NCBI GenBank assembly: GCA_965112735.1
Contig: OZ218965.1
Location: 1,984,001 to 2,048,000 of the forward strand
Direction: 5' to 3'
Length of the DNA: 64,000 nt
DNA from: Phaeosaccion multiseriatum
Taxonomy: Eukaryota > Protista > Ochrophyta, other classes
Within the stretch, counting starts at the first letter, position 1. The number at the start of each line of letters is the position of its first letter. The notes under the pieces are model-generated. The model was given only the letters and a program-made list of their open reading frames with translations, made no database searches and was not told the origin of the DNA. Below, one piece after another: positions 51,859-64,000 of the stretch. The translations under genes were made by a program, and so were the position numbers.

Positions 51859-52390
51859 GAAGGGACAACCTCTAAAGCTTAAGTGTTAGAAGGTCGTTCG
51901 TTCAGGGCAGGAATCAACTCCCCTCGTACAACTAATAGTAGCGTCAAGCAGTAACTGATCGACTTTATATAAGTAACAACAAGCACATTAACATTCAAGT
52001 GAGTTTGAAGAGAAAGGGCCAGGCATATATGGAAAAATGTACGTATTTGGCCGAGAGGCCGGACCTATCTATAGCTCCATCCGAGTTGTTGGGTCGAGTG
52101 GAGAGGGGTGGGGTGGGGTGGAGCGGAGCTTCTCCAGCCCGACACGCCACCGTGCTAGGGCTATGCAAGCTCCACTCCAATGTGTCAAGCTCCACTCCAA
52201 CGAGCGGTTGTGTCGAGCTTCTACTCCAACGAGCGGTTGGGTCGAGCTTCTCCAGCCGGAATGCCACCATGCCGCGGCTATAGAAGCTCCGCTGCCCCTC
52301 GTCCCCTTCTCCACTCCACTCCACTCCACTCCACTCCACTCCACTCCACTCGACTCGACTCCTCAATTCGATGCAAGTCACACAAAACTG

Positions 52391-52781
52391 TCACACAAAA
52401 GTATGGTCTGCCCAGTGCCCTTCGGTCTCTTGTGCGTCGCCCGCCCCCGTGAGTAGCGGCTTGCGCTCCCCCGCCAGCGCCTCCATGCGCTCCTCCTCTG
52501 CTTGGGCCCTCTCTCTCGAGTGACCCACCCACAGCAAGATGAGACCCACGCCCACAACGATGCTACCCACCATCTCCGGCCAAGAAATCTTGTCTCCTGT
52601 CTGGGATGGCAGTGGATGGCAGGGGGGAGGAGGGGGGGGTGCTTGGTAATCACGTGCGGGACTTTCTCTCGAAACGAATGAGAGAAGGGGGTGGTGGGAG
52701 GGGAAGTCGGCGACACTTCTCCCCTGGACCTTCCACAAGCAGCGTCCAGACAAGCGTCCGAGAGACAGGGAGAGAATCGAA

Positions 52782-52864
<83 letters not shown>

Positions 52865-55135
52865 GACTTCCGGGAAGGCACGCACCAGCAGCAGCGCAAG
52901 GACCAGTGTGGCTGTGGGCTGTATCGTGACGGAGGACATAACTATGGAAGGAGAGACCATGCTCACGGCCCAGCTGATGGCGTTCCAATTGAAGCTCGAA
53001 ACCACAATGGCACCATATAGCAGCGCCAGCATGGCCTTGAGCTTCGTCACCACCAGCCCGAGGTCCTGGGGGTCATAGTAGAGGCGTACGAGGAGGACGA
53101 GAGGTAGGAGTGCAGTGTAGGGGCGTATGGGGGAGAAGGGGGGGCAGCAGCACCGCAGGGCACGAGTAGTGGGTGGAGAAGGTCGGTCAATTGATTGATT
53201 TGCATGTCGGCCGGAGCAGAGTAATCACTGTGGGTACGCACTCCTGCCTTTCCTCCCTTCCTCCCCATCCACTGCCATCCCTCCCTCCCTCCCTCCCTCC
53301 CTCACATACCTCAACTCACTCACTCACTCACTCACCATGAAGGACGTCTGCGTGGCCGCGCACGCCGCAGTGGTGAACATCGCAGATATAACATAGTACC
53401 ACGCCGTGACAGCCCAGGGTGAGTACACCACCACCAGTTCCTCCAGCCCCACCGCCAGGCCCGCTGCTGCAGTCACCTGCAGGGCCAGCAGCAGCGCCCC
53501 CACCCACCACAAAGAGGAGGAGCTGCGCCCTTCGATCATAGCGAAGCCCCCGTCCTGATCCGAGCCGCAGGGAATGGGATGGCAGCGGATGGGAGGGGAG
53601 GATGGGTGGGGAGGATCTCTCCATCAGAGCAGGGACGCGTAGGATGGCAGTGCAGTGCCAATGAGCATGACTATGAGCCTTCCATTTGTCCCAGTCTCAC
53701 CCTCCTTCCCTCCCTCCGTCCGTCCCTCCGTCCCTCCCTCCCTCCCTCACCTTGCTGTAAAAGAACTGAACGAGCAAAGCGCCGCTCACCGCCGCGCCAA
53801 TGCCCACCACTGGGCGGTTCGAGAAGGAGCCGAGAGGAGGAGGGCAGCGGATGGCAGCAGATGGGGTGGCAGGACGGGGGTGAGTGAGAGGACATCCGCG
53901 GACCCACCCAAGCTGCGCAGAGGGAGACGGTGAACGCCACGAAGAGCTGTGGCAGTGGTTGGCTCACTTGGCGATTTCAACTGCCTCTTCTCTTCCTCTC
54001 CCTGCCCCTTTTCACTCTTCCTTCGCCCCCGCCCCCCCCCCCCACACACGCGCACGTCTAGATCCATCGGATGGGCACTGACTACTCACCCTTTAGACGA
54101 CTGACCCTCTCCAGCCCAAACAGCCACGCGAAGGCCGTGGTGAGCACCGGCACGACCAGCGTCACCATGCCGGCGGTCCCCGCAGATACGTAGTTCAGCG
54201 CCTCAATAGCGGCCACCGTACTGCACGCACTCAGCAGCCCCACCAGCACCAACAGGGGCAGATGGCCCCTTCGGATCAACACCACCTCTCCGTCCCGCCA
54301 AAACGCGTACCAGAACATTACGGGTATAGCGACGAGCTCACGCTCCAGGCTCAGGGCGAGAGGGTTGATGCCTGGGGGGCGGGTGGGGGAGGGGCGGGGT
54401 CAGAGGCAGAGGCGGGGGCGGAGGGAGAGTCAGTCAGGTGGGCGAAGGAAATGAGTGCGTTTATGCCTCTCATTTGTCTGCTGCTGACGCGAGGAAACGC
54501 ATGCCACCGCACCGGTCAGAGGGAGAGAGAGAGAGAGAGAGAGGAGTAGTCCGGGGGTAGGAGAGCAGCGGAAAGGTGCCGTTCCAGGCTCCCTCGTCAT
54601 ACCTACCTGTGTCCAGCGCCATCTCAGCCACGAAGGTCCACCCCGAGAAGGCCACCCACACCGCCAGCAGCACCAGCGGCGGGGTCACCACGCCGAGGAA
54701 GCGCTCAAAGTACTGTCGGCAGGGACTCTTGTCCACGTGGTGGTAGTACAGGTCCCGACGCCTCCTCTTCCTTCCGCCGCTGCTCGTCGGGCTAATGCTG
54801 TCCCCATCTTCGTACATTCGCAAGTCGCTGGTCGTGCTGCTCCCCGACCCCCCTCCGCCCCTCCCAGATCTCCTCTGGTGGGGAAAGGACGGGGTGGGAT
54901 ACTCATCGAGCCGCTTCTGCTGGTTGTTTTGATGGTGTTGCTGCCCCCCCTCCGCTCCTGGCATCACCATCCACTCGCCACCTTCATCCTCGTCCTCGTC
55001 CTCCTCGTGCGCCAAAAGGCTGTGTACGTGATCGGCATTCACCCACCAGGGCTTGTTGCTGTCTGCCGTAGCCCCTTCCGCTGTGCCCCCTTCTACTATG
55101 CTTCCTTCTCCCCGATCTTCATCATCGATCTCCAT
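52391..55135 (-). CDS. EamA/DMT-family (WAT1-like) membrane transporter, multi-exon
   Basis: Hydrophobic exons ALNYVSAGTAGMVTLVVPVLTTAFAWLFGLERVS, AMLALLYGAIVVSSFNWNAISWAV..VSPSIV..IQP, EMVGSIVVGVGLILL; (GACA)n intron. Confidence 0.75.
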
Positions 55136-56081
55136 GGTCCTCTTGTGGCATAGACTCGGTGTTCCGTTCAGCGAGGAAAGCCCAAGCAAGTGAGAAGAAG
55201 TACGTGACGAAAAGGCGGGAAAAGAGAGCAAGAGCTGAGCGTGGTAAGGAGCAGAGGGAGCGAACAAGGCAAGAGAGAGAGATAGAGAGAGAAAAAAAGC
55301 CTCGTAAAAGAAAAGAGACGGGAGAGAAGAGAAGAGAAGGGATGGGGATGAAGTTGTCGATAGGATGACAACTGCTGCACGTGGTGTCAGGACAGAAACG
55401 TCCCCACTGGGGGGATCTCCATGTGGGGGGCCGCAGACGTCTTAATAAACCATTTCCGCCCAGCGATATCGCAGTGCTACAGGGGAAGGAGGTGTGCACT
55501 GTTTTGCTCCTTCCCTCGGGGAGAAGTTTCATCCGTCCGAAGGGAGCTTCTCTTTGTGGGGTGGGCGACGCACCGCAGGGAATGCCCACACCTTTTGTTT
55601 TCAGAGAATGATGATGGTTGAATAAGCGCCGGGCAGCTCTGCCTGCGGGCTGGGCTTGTGGGGAGCCATACTCTTGGCTGCATGACCTCGAGCCACGGAG
55701 CCCAAGGAGCGCGGGCACTGATGGGAGAGACGGCGCTGGGAGCTCCGACACGAGAATAGACGGGCGGGAACCAGAGCAACGCAGCACGTGGAGGCAAGCA
55801 GCCGAATAGAGAGGTGTTGGAATACAACGCACCAACAGTTTTTACCTTCGCATCGAGAGACGGCAGAGCATCGGAGCAGACGGACTTGACAAATAGTGGC
55901 TCAATCAGTCGCAGTGCAAGAGGGGAAATCGAAACGCAGAATTAATTGACACAGTGGTACTTGACGCAACAAGGAGGACTATGGCGTGCTAGGTGTCCAC
56001 GGCAGGGTCTGTGAGGCTGACAGCTGCTGCCGTGATTCTAAATTCGCCTCACGCCATACGCTAGGGAAGGGAAGGGAGTAA

Positions 56082-58892
56082 ATGATGGAAGACTCCAATG
56101 CGGCGGGCTTGGACAAGAACAGCAAAGACGCCAGCACGGTGGATGAAGGGAAGGCATTAGTGACGGTGCTGGCCTGCGTATTAGAAAAGCTCATTGATGC
56201 CAACTCAAACAACGAGAACCTGGCCAACAATGGCGCCAGGAATGAAAGAAGCAACAGCGGCAGCAGCGGAGGCGGCAAGAGCAGTGGCGGCGTCGGCAGC
56301 GCAACGTGGGTGGGGAGCGCTGCGAGCCCCGTCACCAAGTTCCACGCCCTGCGGCCTCCGGGTATTGCGGTTGCGGACTACCTGGAGCGGATTCTCAAGT
56401 ACTCAATGTGCAGCAACGAGTGCTTCGTGCTTGCCCTCATCTACATCGATCGCCTCATTCAGCTCAATAACCTCGCCCTCACCTCCCTTAGCGTGCATCG
56501 CATCGTCATCACGAGGTGAGGAGCGGCCTGTCTGTCTGTCTGTCTTTCTGTCTGTCTGTCTGTCTGTCTGTCTGCTCCAAGTCAAGCCAGGACAAGGCGG
56601 GACGATTGGGTTGAGGCTGGCTGGACCACTGGCCAGTACAGCGACATGTTTCCTTCGCCCTTGCTCGGCCTGTGTCCTCTCCTCCAAATACAAAGGCCAG
56701 CTGCGCTCACCCCTCCCGCCGTTCCGTTTGTTCGGCAGCCCAACCTGGCCCACTCCCTCCTTGTTACAGCCTTCGCTTCATTCAGCCACCCTTACGTGCC
56801 CCTTTCCCCCCTCCCTCCCCCCCTCTCTCACCTTCATCTTTCTCGCTCTGTGTGCCCCAGCGTGATGGTAGCCGTGAAGTTCCTGGACGACCAATACTAC
56901 AATAACGCTTACTTCGCCAAGGTAGGCGGCATCCCTTGCCACGAGATGAACGCCCTGGAGATCGAGTTCCTCTTCCGCGTCAACTTCACCCTGCACGTCA
57001 CGGCGGACGAGTTCCACAAGTACCGGGTGCAACTTGCGCACCACACCACGCAGACCGCCTGTAGCTGCCACAGATGTGAGTGAGTGTGTGTGTGCGCGTG
57101 TGCTGTGCTTGTGCTGGTGTTTGTGTGCGCGTGTGTGTTGAAAACCGCGGGATGAAGGCTGACGGGGGCTTGCCTCCTCCCCTCGCTCGGGAAGCGTTTT
57201 ATCGCAGCGTCACAGTAAGCTCATTCCTCACCCCTCGTCTGTGCTGCCTGGTCCACACTCTCTTCTCTCACACGCACACACACACACACATATGGTGGCG
57301 GTCGTCGCGCAGTCGCTCTGCCTTTCCCCCAATCGCCGGTGTCTTCCTCCCTGCTGGACCTTTTTGAAGAGTCGGAGCGAAGTGCCAACATGCGCATGAG
57401 CCGCCAGATCAGCTCCAGCAGCAACGCCAGCAACCACAGCAGCAGTAGGAAAGAGAGAAGCAAGGAGGGCGGAGTGGTACACCATCGGCAGCAGCAGCAG
57501 CAGCGGCAGCATCAAGACCACTCCCGGCGGAGGCGACGGAGTGACGGCCACTCAAGCTCGGACGGGTTTCAGGAACAGCTTGGATACGCGCGTGGCAGTG
57601 GCAGCAACAGCAGTGGCAGCATCAGCAACGGTAGCACCCACAGCAGTGGTAGCAGCAGCGCCCACAGCAGCGGCGGCAGCAGCAGCAACGGCGGCAGTAG
57701 CAGCAGCAACGGCGGCAGCGGCGAGAGTGGCGACGGAAGGAGTCAGGCTGCCTACCCCCCTGGGTATCAGCAGCATAGCCGCCCCTATCACCAGCCTCAA
57801 GCGCGGGAGCAGCAGCAAGGCCGTACCTACCAGCAACAGTACCATCATCGGCAGCAGCAGCAGCAGCAGCTGCAGCAGCATTTGGTGATACAGCAGGAGC
57901 AGGGGTACCCCGACGACGGGCTGCAGCAGCAGTTGCAGCAGCTGGGGATGCAGCAACCCTACGCATCCCACCCTCAGCAGCTTCAGTATCACGACCAGCA
58001 GCAGCAGGAGCAGCAGCAACAGTTGGACAACGGGACCGCATCCACGACCAGCAGCCACATGTACCATACGCAGCAGACCTTCGTGCCTCGTCAGCACAAG
58101 TATCACCACGCTCCTCCTCCTCCGCCGCCGCCGCCGCCGCCGCCGCAGCAGCAGCAGCAGCAGCAGCGTCAGCAGCAGCGTCAGCCCTCCGACTTGCACC
58201 ACACTTTGCATGCTCCCCAGCAGCAGCAGCAGCAGCAGCATGCATACGAGCACCAGGTGACATACGAGCAAGGGAATGGCGGAGTCTTAGGAGGAGGCGG
58301 CGACGGCTCAATATACGGCCTCCAAGGCTACAGCACGGGCCCCGACTCTCGCCAGTCTCCAGCAGCAGTAGTGGGCAGTGGGGGCAGCGGAGGCAGCGGG
58401 GGAAGCATTGGCGTGTACGGGGAGTTCGGAGTGGCTCAGCACCTGCGGCACCTCCAACACCTGCACCAACTGAGTGAGCAGCAGCAGCAGGAGCAGCAGC
58501 AGCTTCACCCAGGCCAGGTCCACGCCCTCCAGCAGCAGCAAATACAGCATCAGCAGCAGCAGCAGCAGCAGCAGGAGCAGATGCAGCAGATGCATGCGCC
58601 TTACCTTGGATCAGAGGAGACGCCCGTTCTGTCGACGCTGCTGCAGCCCCTTCCCATCCGCCATGGAGAGACGTGGGATTCAGCGGACTTTAACCGTGCG
58701 GGGTTGGGTATCGCCCCAGGAGGAGTAGGAGGCGGCGGCGGTTTCAGCGGTCAGGATGGGTCGCGTCGGGTCATAGGAGGGAGTGGTATGGATAGCAGCA
58801 TCCGGAGCAGCCACCACCACTACAATGTTACCTATGGTACATACCCTGTGGCGAGCGGCCCTACCGCGGTGCCTGGGGGGCCTTTGGGGTGA
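56082..58892 (+). CDS. Cyclin P/U (PHO80-like) with long Ser/Gln-rich tail
   Basis: [44 protein letters not shown]; [35 protein letters not shown]. Introns 56516-56860 and ~57077-57312. Confidence 0.9.
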
Positions 58893-59652
58893 CCAAACAG
58901 ATGCGAGAGCAGATGGATGGAGGCCGTGTTTTGCTACCCAAGTACATTCATTCCTTCTCTCTGGAGGACGGTGGGGTTGCGTGGGGTCTAGCGGGACTCT
59001 CTTGCCGCTCACGATTGTTCTTTGGTGAGCTATCATCGGAGACGGGCACTCATTCCGCGGCTGAGCTGCGGTGAGGGAGGGGAGAGTGATTTCCCGGGCC
59101 GAGCGGGGGTGTTTACTTTTCGGCAGCCACAGAGCATGGGAGACGCGCGCCCATGGAGGCAGCGGCAGTTATTTTGTGCCCCACCCCGGCGAGGAGGGCA
59201 TGTTGGAGGCGTGAGGGCCCGCTTGCGGACACGGGCTCGTGGAGGCTTGAGTCGAAGCTTCCCCCGGATGGCGGGATGAGCAGCAGCAGTAGAGCAGCAG
59301 CAGCAGCAGTAGAGCAGCAGCAGCAGTAGCCTCATGCCCCCAACATCTTACACGCTTTCTTAGTATTTTCTAATGTTGAATGTGATTCATTGAACACTGC
59401 ATCTGCTCTCGTCGTCTAATTTCTATTACAGTAGCAGCAAGAGTGAGAGAGTGAGTGACGAGTGGAGCCATCACATTACATTGCACTTGTCGAGCATACA
59501 AGTGCGAGAGAGAGAATGAGTGAGAAGCGATGACTCGAGCAAGACGCCTGGGTAAGTGTCAGTCAGTCCAACACTTCCTTCCCATCTTCTTCTCACATCA
59601 CGTAGTCAGCATTAGCTGAAGGTGAAAGTGCGTGACGAATGGAGCGATGACG

Positions 59653-60845
59653 TCACTTGAGCATTTCGTTGAAGAAGTCGCTCCTGCTCATGGTGCATCG
59701 CCCCGTGCGGTCCGTCTCTCTGATCATGTCCTGGCAGTCGGTGGTAGTCACGTGCGAGTGGCCCAGGCGGTGCATGAGGTGGAAGAGCACATCGACAGTA
59801 ATCACCTCCTTCTGGGCCTCGTCCTGCAGGATCTCGTCAAAGGCGGTGCTCAGCTGGTCCTCCGTCCATTGCGGCTTCAGCATGGTTGACACCACCCTTT
59901 GGGTCATAGGCAGAGGAGAGGGGAAGAAAAAGTCGAAGAGAGGGAGAGAATAGGGAGAGGGAGGGACAGAGAGGGGGGGGGAGAGGAGATATATATATAT
60001 ATTAAATTATATATATATATAATATATATATATTATATATATATAGATAGATAGATAGGGAGAGATGGGGAGAGAGAGAGAGAGAGGGAGAGCGAGAGAG
60101 AGAGAAGGAGAGCGAGAGAGAGAAGGTGTGAGAACAACCCATCAGGCAGGCAAGAGGAGAGCAAAAGGGGGCAAGGTAAGACGGGCGAAGGCTAGCTCCC
60201 TCGCTCACCTCATGAAGGAGGGAAACTCGACCCTCAGACTTTTGTCCGTGTCCATTTGCTTCGTGGCCTCTGCCAGCTCGGCGCCGGTGACGACAAGCGT
60301 CAAGGCTTGGAGGGCCTTGGGGATGTCCTCCACATGCAGAGACTCTATTTACAACCGGTGTACATAGTGTGGTACGAGCAACGCCGACCACAGCAGCAGC
60401 AAAGCAGCAGCAGAAACAGCAGGCAGCGACAGGACGAGTTGTTGTGAGGCGAAAAGACGCGGCACTCGCGCGTGTGGGAATGAAGGGAGGGCAAGGGCGG
60501 GGGGGAAGAAGGATAGAGCGCTCGAGTTGCTCGCCATCCCGGCTTACTCCCCTCACCATCGGACTGCCTCGCAAACATGTTGAACGCGATTCTGATACGA
60601 TCCACCTCCACCTCCGTGAGTGTATTCTCGCCCCCGGCAGCGAAGCCCTTCTTCTTGTTGGCCTTGGGCTTCCTTTTCTTCCTCAGCACTCTCCTCTTCC
60701 CCCCTTCCTTCTCCTCTCCCCTCTCCTTCGGTCCCTCTCTTCCCGGTATCCTCAAGGCGTGCATCACGCTCTTGCCGTCTCTAGTGTGGGACCGAGGACT
60801 GACGGACTCCGTTCCCCGATGTGGGAGGCGCCGTGGTGATGCCAT
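59653..60845 (-). CDS. Centrin/calmodulin-like EF-hand protein (3 exons)
   Basis: LTEVEVDRIRIAFNMF, MDTDKSLRVEFPSF, EDQLSTAFDEI, DMIRETDRTGRCTMSRSDF; basic N-terminal extension as in centrins. Confidence 0.7.
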
Positions 60846-61173
60846 CCCTCTCCGTCAAGCCTCCCATCCCCTCATTGGTTTTAATCCACTTTTGGTCTGA
60901 CAGTTTCGCTCTCCTCACGTGTTGTTCCACTCTCGCCAGCCTGTGACCCTTCGATCGCCGCCAGCCGGCCCCGCTGCCGTAAAGCCTCCCATGCCCTCGG
61001 GCCAGTGCAGCCAATTCGGTCTTTACGGGCCTCCAGGAGCTTGCTGGGCCTCTCCCTTGTGGGCGTGGAGCGATACTTACCCATAGGTCCGGTTTTTCAA
61101 AGGTCGCCTCTCTAACGGATCCACTACTATAAATGAAAGGAGAAGGAGGAGAATGTGAGGAATCAGGGTGGAG

Positions 61174-63984
61174 ATGACGGCCCCGGTGTACGACATGCTG
61201 TCTGACGATGAGGATGACGACGACGACGAGTACGAAGACGCTCTGGGGGATGACGACGGGGAGGGCGAAGACTCACTCGACGGGGGGGAGGAGGACGGGG
61301 AGGAGGAGCAGCTCGCGCTACTGCAGCGCCGAGCGGTCGTCCTGGCTCAGCTGGAATCTCTGCGGATGGGTATCGGCCAGGCAGAAAAGGCCCTTTATCA
61401 GTCCTTCCATGACATACCGGCTATGCGGGCAGAGTGCAAGAAGAAGAGCATCAGGATCAAGGTGCGCCAGCCTGTACGCAGAGGGGGGAGGGGAGGGACC
61501 AAGCGTCTAATGGGGACGGAGAGGAGAGTAAAGTGTAGAGGCAATGGAAGGAGGGGAGGGGGGGAGGGGGGCGAATGTTCAGGGAGTGCTACCTGCCTGA
61601 CCGGCTTGGTCCGATGTGAGCACACTTCTCTCCTTACCCATTCTCCTTGCTGCGCTCCCTCTCTCTCTGTCTCTGTCGTTGGCCGGTTCTCGCCTCGCTG
61701 ATTAGCGTCGCTCCTCGGTGGACATCGCCTTAGACACCACCAACAGCAGCAGCAGCAGCAGCCAGGACAGTGCCCCGGCCAAACCCCTGTTGGATGTTGA
61801 GGATACACAGTACGAGTCCTACTTGGCTCCAACCGTCAACGGAAGGAGGATTCCCTACGTCATACCCTACGGCACTGCGCCCAAGTCTGGCTCAGGCTCA
61901 GAGCCAGGGTCAGGGTCAGGGTCAGGGTCAGGGTCAGGGTCAGGGCAAGAGCAAGGGTCAGGGTCAGGACCAGGGACAGGGCTGGAGCCTGGCTCAGGAT
62001 CAGGGGGCGGACGAGGCTTCGTGTCCAGGAGTGAACTCGGGAAAATGAGCGACAGAGCACTGGACAGAGTGAAGGCGATGCTGGACATGTTCGATGAGGA
62101 CAAGGACGGAAGGCTCAGCTTCTCAGAGTTCAGAGGTGCGTGCGCATCGACTCGGCTCGGCTCAACAACTCAACTCAGCAGCAGGCCGCAAAAGCTTCTA
62201 TGACCCATTCCTCCCCACCCCACCCCACCCCACCAACCGACCCTGCTTGCGTACTCGTCCCGGAGGGTGTCGATGAACAGCGTGCGTGCCCGCTCCCTCC
62301 TCTCTCACGCCGCGCCCCTCACATCCCGCTTCTCCACCCTCCCTTCCTCCTTGTGCATGCCCCCCCCACCTCTTTCCAACTCCACTCGAGAGAGCAGCCT
62401 ATCTCGTTGCTCTTGACAGACACACCGCCCCTCCGCTCCACCAGCAGCTCACGCAGGACAGGTGAGGTGGGGTGGGGCGGGGCGGAACGTGCCTTCCTTC
62501 CTTCCTTCCTTCCTTCCTTCCTTCCTTCCTTCCTTCCGTCCGTCCGTCCGTCCGTCCGTCCTTCCTTCCATCCTTCCTTCCTTCCTTCTGACAACGCTGA
62601 CATCTGTGACCCCAACCCAACAGAGAGTTCTGGCTTGCCTATATGACCGACTTCTGTGGCGCCCACCCCGGGGGCTTTCTCGAGCTTCACCATTTTCAGG
62701 AATACCGCCGTCTCACAGAGGCCGAGTACCCCCTGGAGAAGGACCTTCTGTGCTTGGGTGTCGACCTGCTGCCTAAGTACCTACGGAAGTGGATCGACTG
62801 CGGGAACTGCTTCGACCGCCTTGATTACGAAACCGTCATGGCGGACGAGCATCTGCCCAGCGAGAAGAGAGGTGGGGAGACGGAAAGACGTGTGGAGGAT
62901 GGGAATTTGTTGTTGGGGGTGTAGTGCCGTTAGACGGGAAGACTTGTGGAGGATGGGAATTTGTTGTTGGGGGTGTAGTGCCGGTAGACGGGAAGACGTG
63001 TGGAGGATGGGGAACTTGTTGTTGGGGGTGTAGTGCCGGTAGACGGGGAAGAGATGAATGAGTGAGAGAAGGACGGAGGGAAGGAGGGCACCCAGGAGGG
63101 TGTGGCGTATGGGCTATGCACACCACATACAGAAGCGTATGGGCTATGCACACCACATACAGAAGCGTATGGGCTATGCACACCACATACAGAAGCACAC
63201 CACATACAGAAGCGTATGGGCTATGCACACCACATACAGAAGCGTATGGGCTATGCACACCACATACAGAAGCGTATGGGCTATGCACCCCACATACAGA
63301 AGCGTATGGGCTATGCACCCCACATACAGAAGCGTATGGGCTATGCACCCCACATACAGAAGCGTATGGGCTATGCACACCACATACAGAAGCGTATGGG
63401 CTATGCACACCACATACAGAAGCGTATGGGCTATGCACACCACATACAGAAGCTGGCCCAGTGGAGTGGTGGGTGTGCTGCTCTGTTGCCGCCGCCTGAT
63501 GTTGTAACTGTAACATTGACGCCGTGCATTGAGTTGTTGCTCAGTTCCTCCCCAAGACCCCCCATCGAAAGAGATAAGAGCGTGAGAGTCTGGGCATCTA
63601 GCCCTAACCACCAAGCAAGGTGACACACACTGCCCTGCCCTTCCCCTCATCCCATCCGCTGCCATCCCCTCATCCCATCCGCTGCCATCCCCTCCACAGG
63701 AAAAATCTTCCGGGCAGATCTGCAGCAGCTCTTCGCGGACTGTGGAGAGCTCTACACTGTCTATGAGGTATGTGTGTGCGTGCGTGCGTGTGTGTGTGCG
63801 TGCGTGCGTGTGTGTGTGCGTGTATCTCAGATGCCTTCTCCTCTCCTCTCTCCCCACTCCCTCACCCTCACCCAGGTTGAGGTTGCCTCTTGTCGTATGA
63901 TCCAGCACGATGCCGTCGCCAGCAGCGTAAGGGCGGCGTACAGAGAGAGGAACCGCTTCGGCTTCCACCAGCAGACACTTGTGG
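61174..63984 (+). CDS. EF-hand-containing protein of unknown function; continues past the window end
   Basis: Acidic start, GS repeat, MFDEDKDGRLSFSEF EF-hand; further AG/GT-bounded exons ~62623-62870, 63700-63767, 63876-63983. Confidence 0.55.
62879..63048. repeat. Intronic ~53-bp tandem repeat x3
   Basis: agacgg(g)aagacgtgtggaggatgggaatttgttgttgggggtgtagtgccg repeated. Confidence 0.9.
63105..63452. repeat. Intronic 30-bp minisatellite, ~11 copies
   Basis: Unit gcgtatgggctatgcacaccacatacagaa head-to-tail with no spacers. Confidence 0.95.
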
Positions 63985-64000
63985 TGAGCGAGGACAGCAA

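Noticed and set aside
63105-63452. 30-bp repeats as a CRISPR array
   Set aside because: Units are head-to-tail with no unique spacers, in a eukaryotic intron with no cas genes; this is a minisatellite.

Overview
Intron-rich, GC-rich eukaryotic nuclear DNA, most likely a flagellated ochrophyte (stramenopile) alga. This rests on two ASAFAP-type bipartite plastid presequences, a DM10/RIB72-type axonemal gene, and GT-AG introns full of microsatellites. Positions 1-28.6 kb are accessory sequence with three components. (i) A minus-strand gene that I reconstructed by hand as 23 in-frame exons (16013->6714, ~928 aa): signal peptide, two Cys-rich modules built from 15-57 nt phase-0 micro-exons, a discoidin-like domain and two CBM4/9-like domains. 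A chimeric paralogue runs off the left edge, and its micro-exons differ from the first copy far more than the introns do, almost entirely by non-synonymous changes. (ii) A decayed transposon-like remnant. (iii) A ~8.9 kb TIR-bounded DNA transposon encoding a P-element-like (D-D-DxxH-E) transposase with an NHL-like beta-propeller insert and a BAH-like/PHD tail, divergently paired with an RS-rich Ulp1 protease gene. Positions 28.9-64 kb hold ordinary host genes in strictly alternating head-to-head pairs: ankyrin/EFHC-like, METTL13/EDC4, metallophosphoesterase-like/MPBQ-MSBQ methyltransferase, EamA/cyclin P-U, centrin-like/EF-hand. A 9-nt insert, TTGGTGATA, recurs inside CAG tracts of unrelated genes. 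All gene models and family calls are by eye, with no database search.
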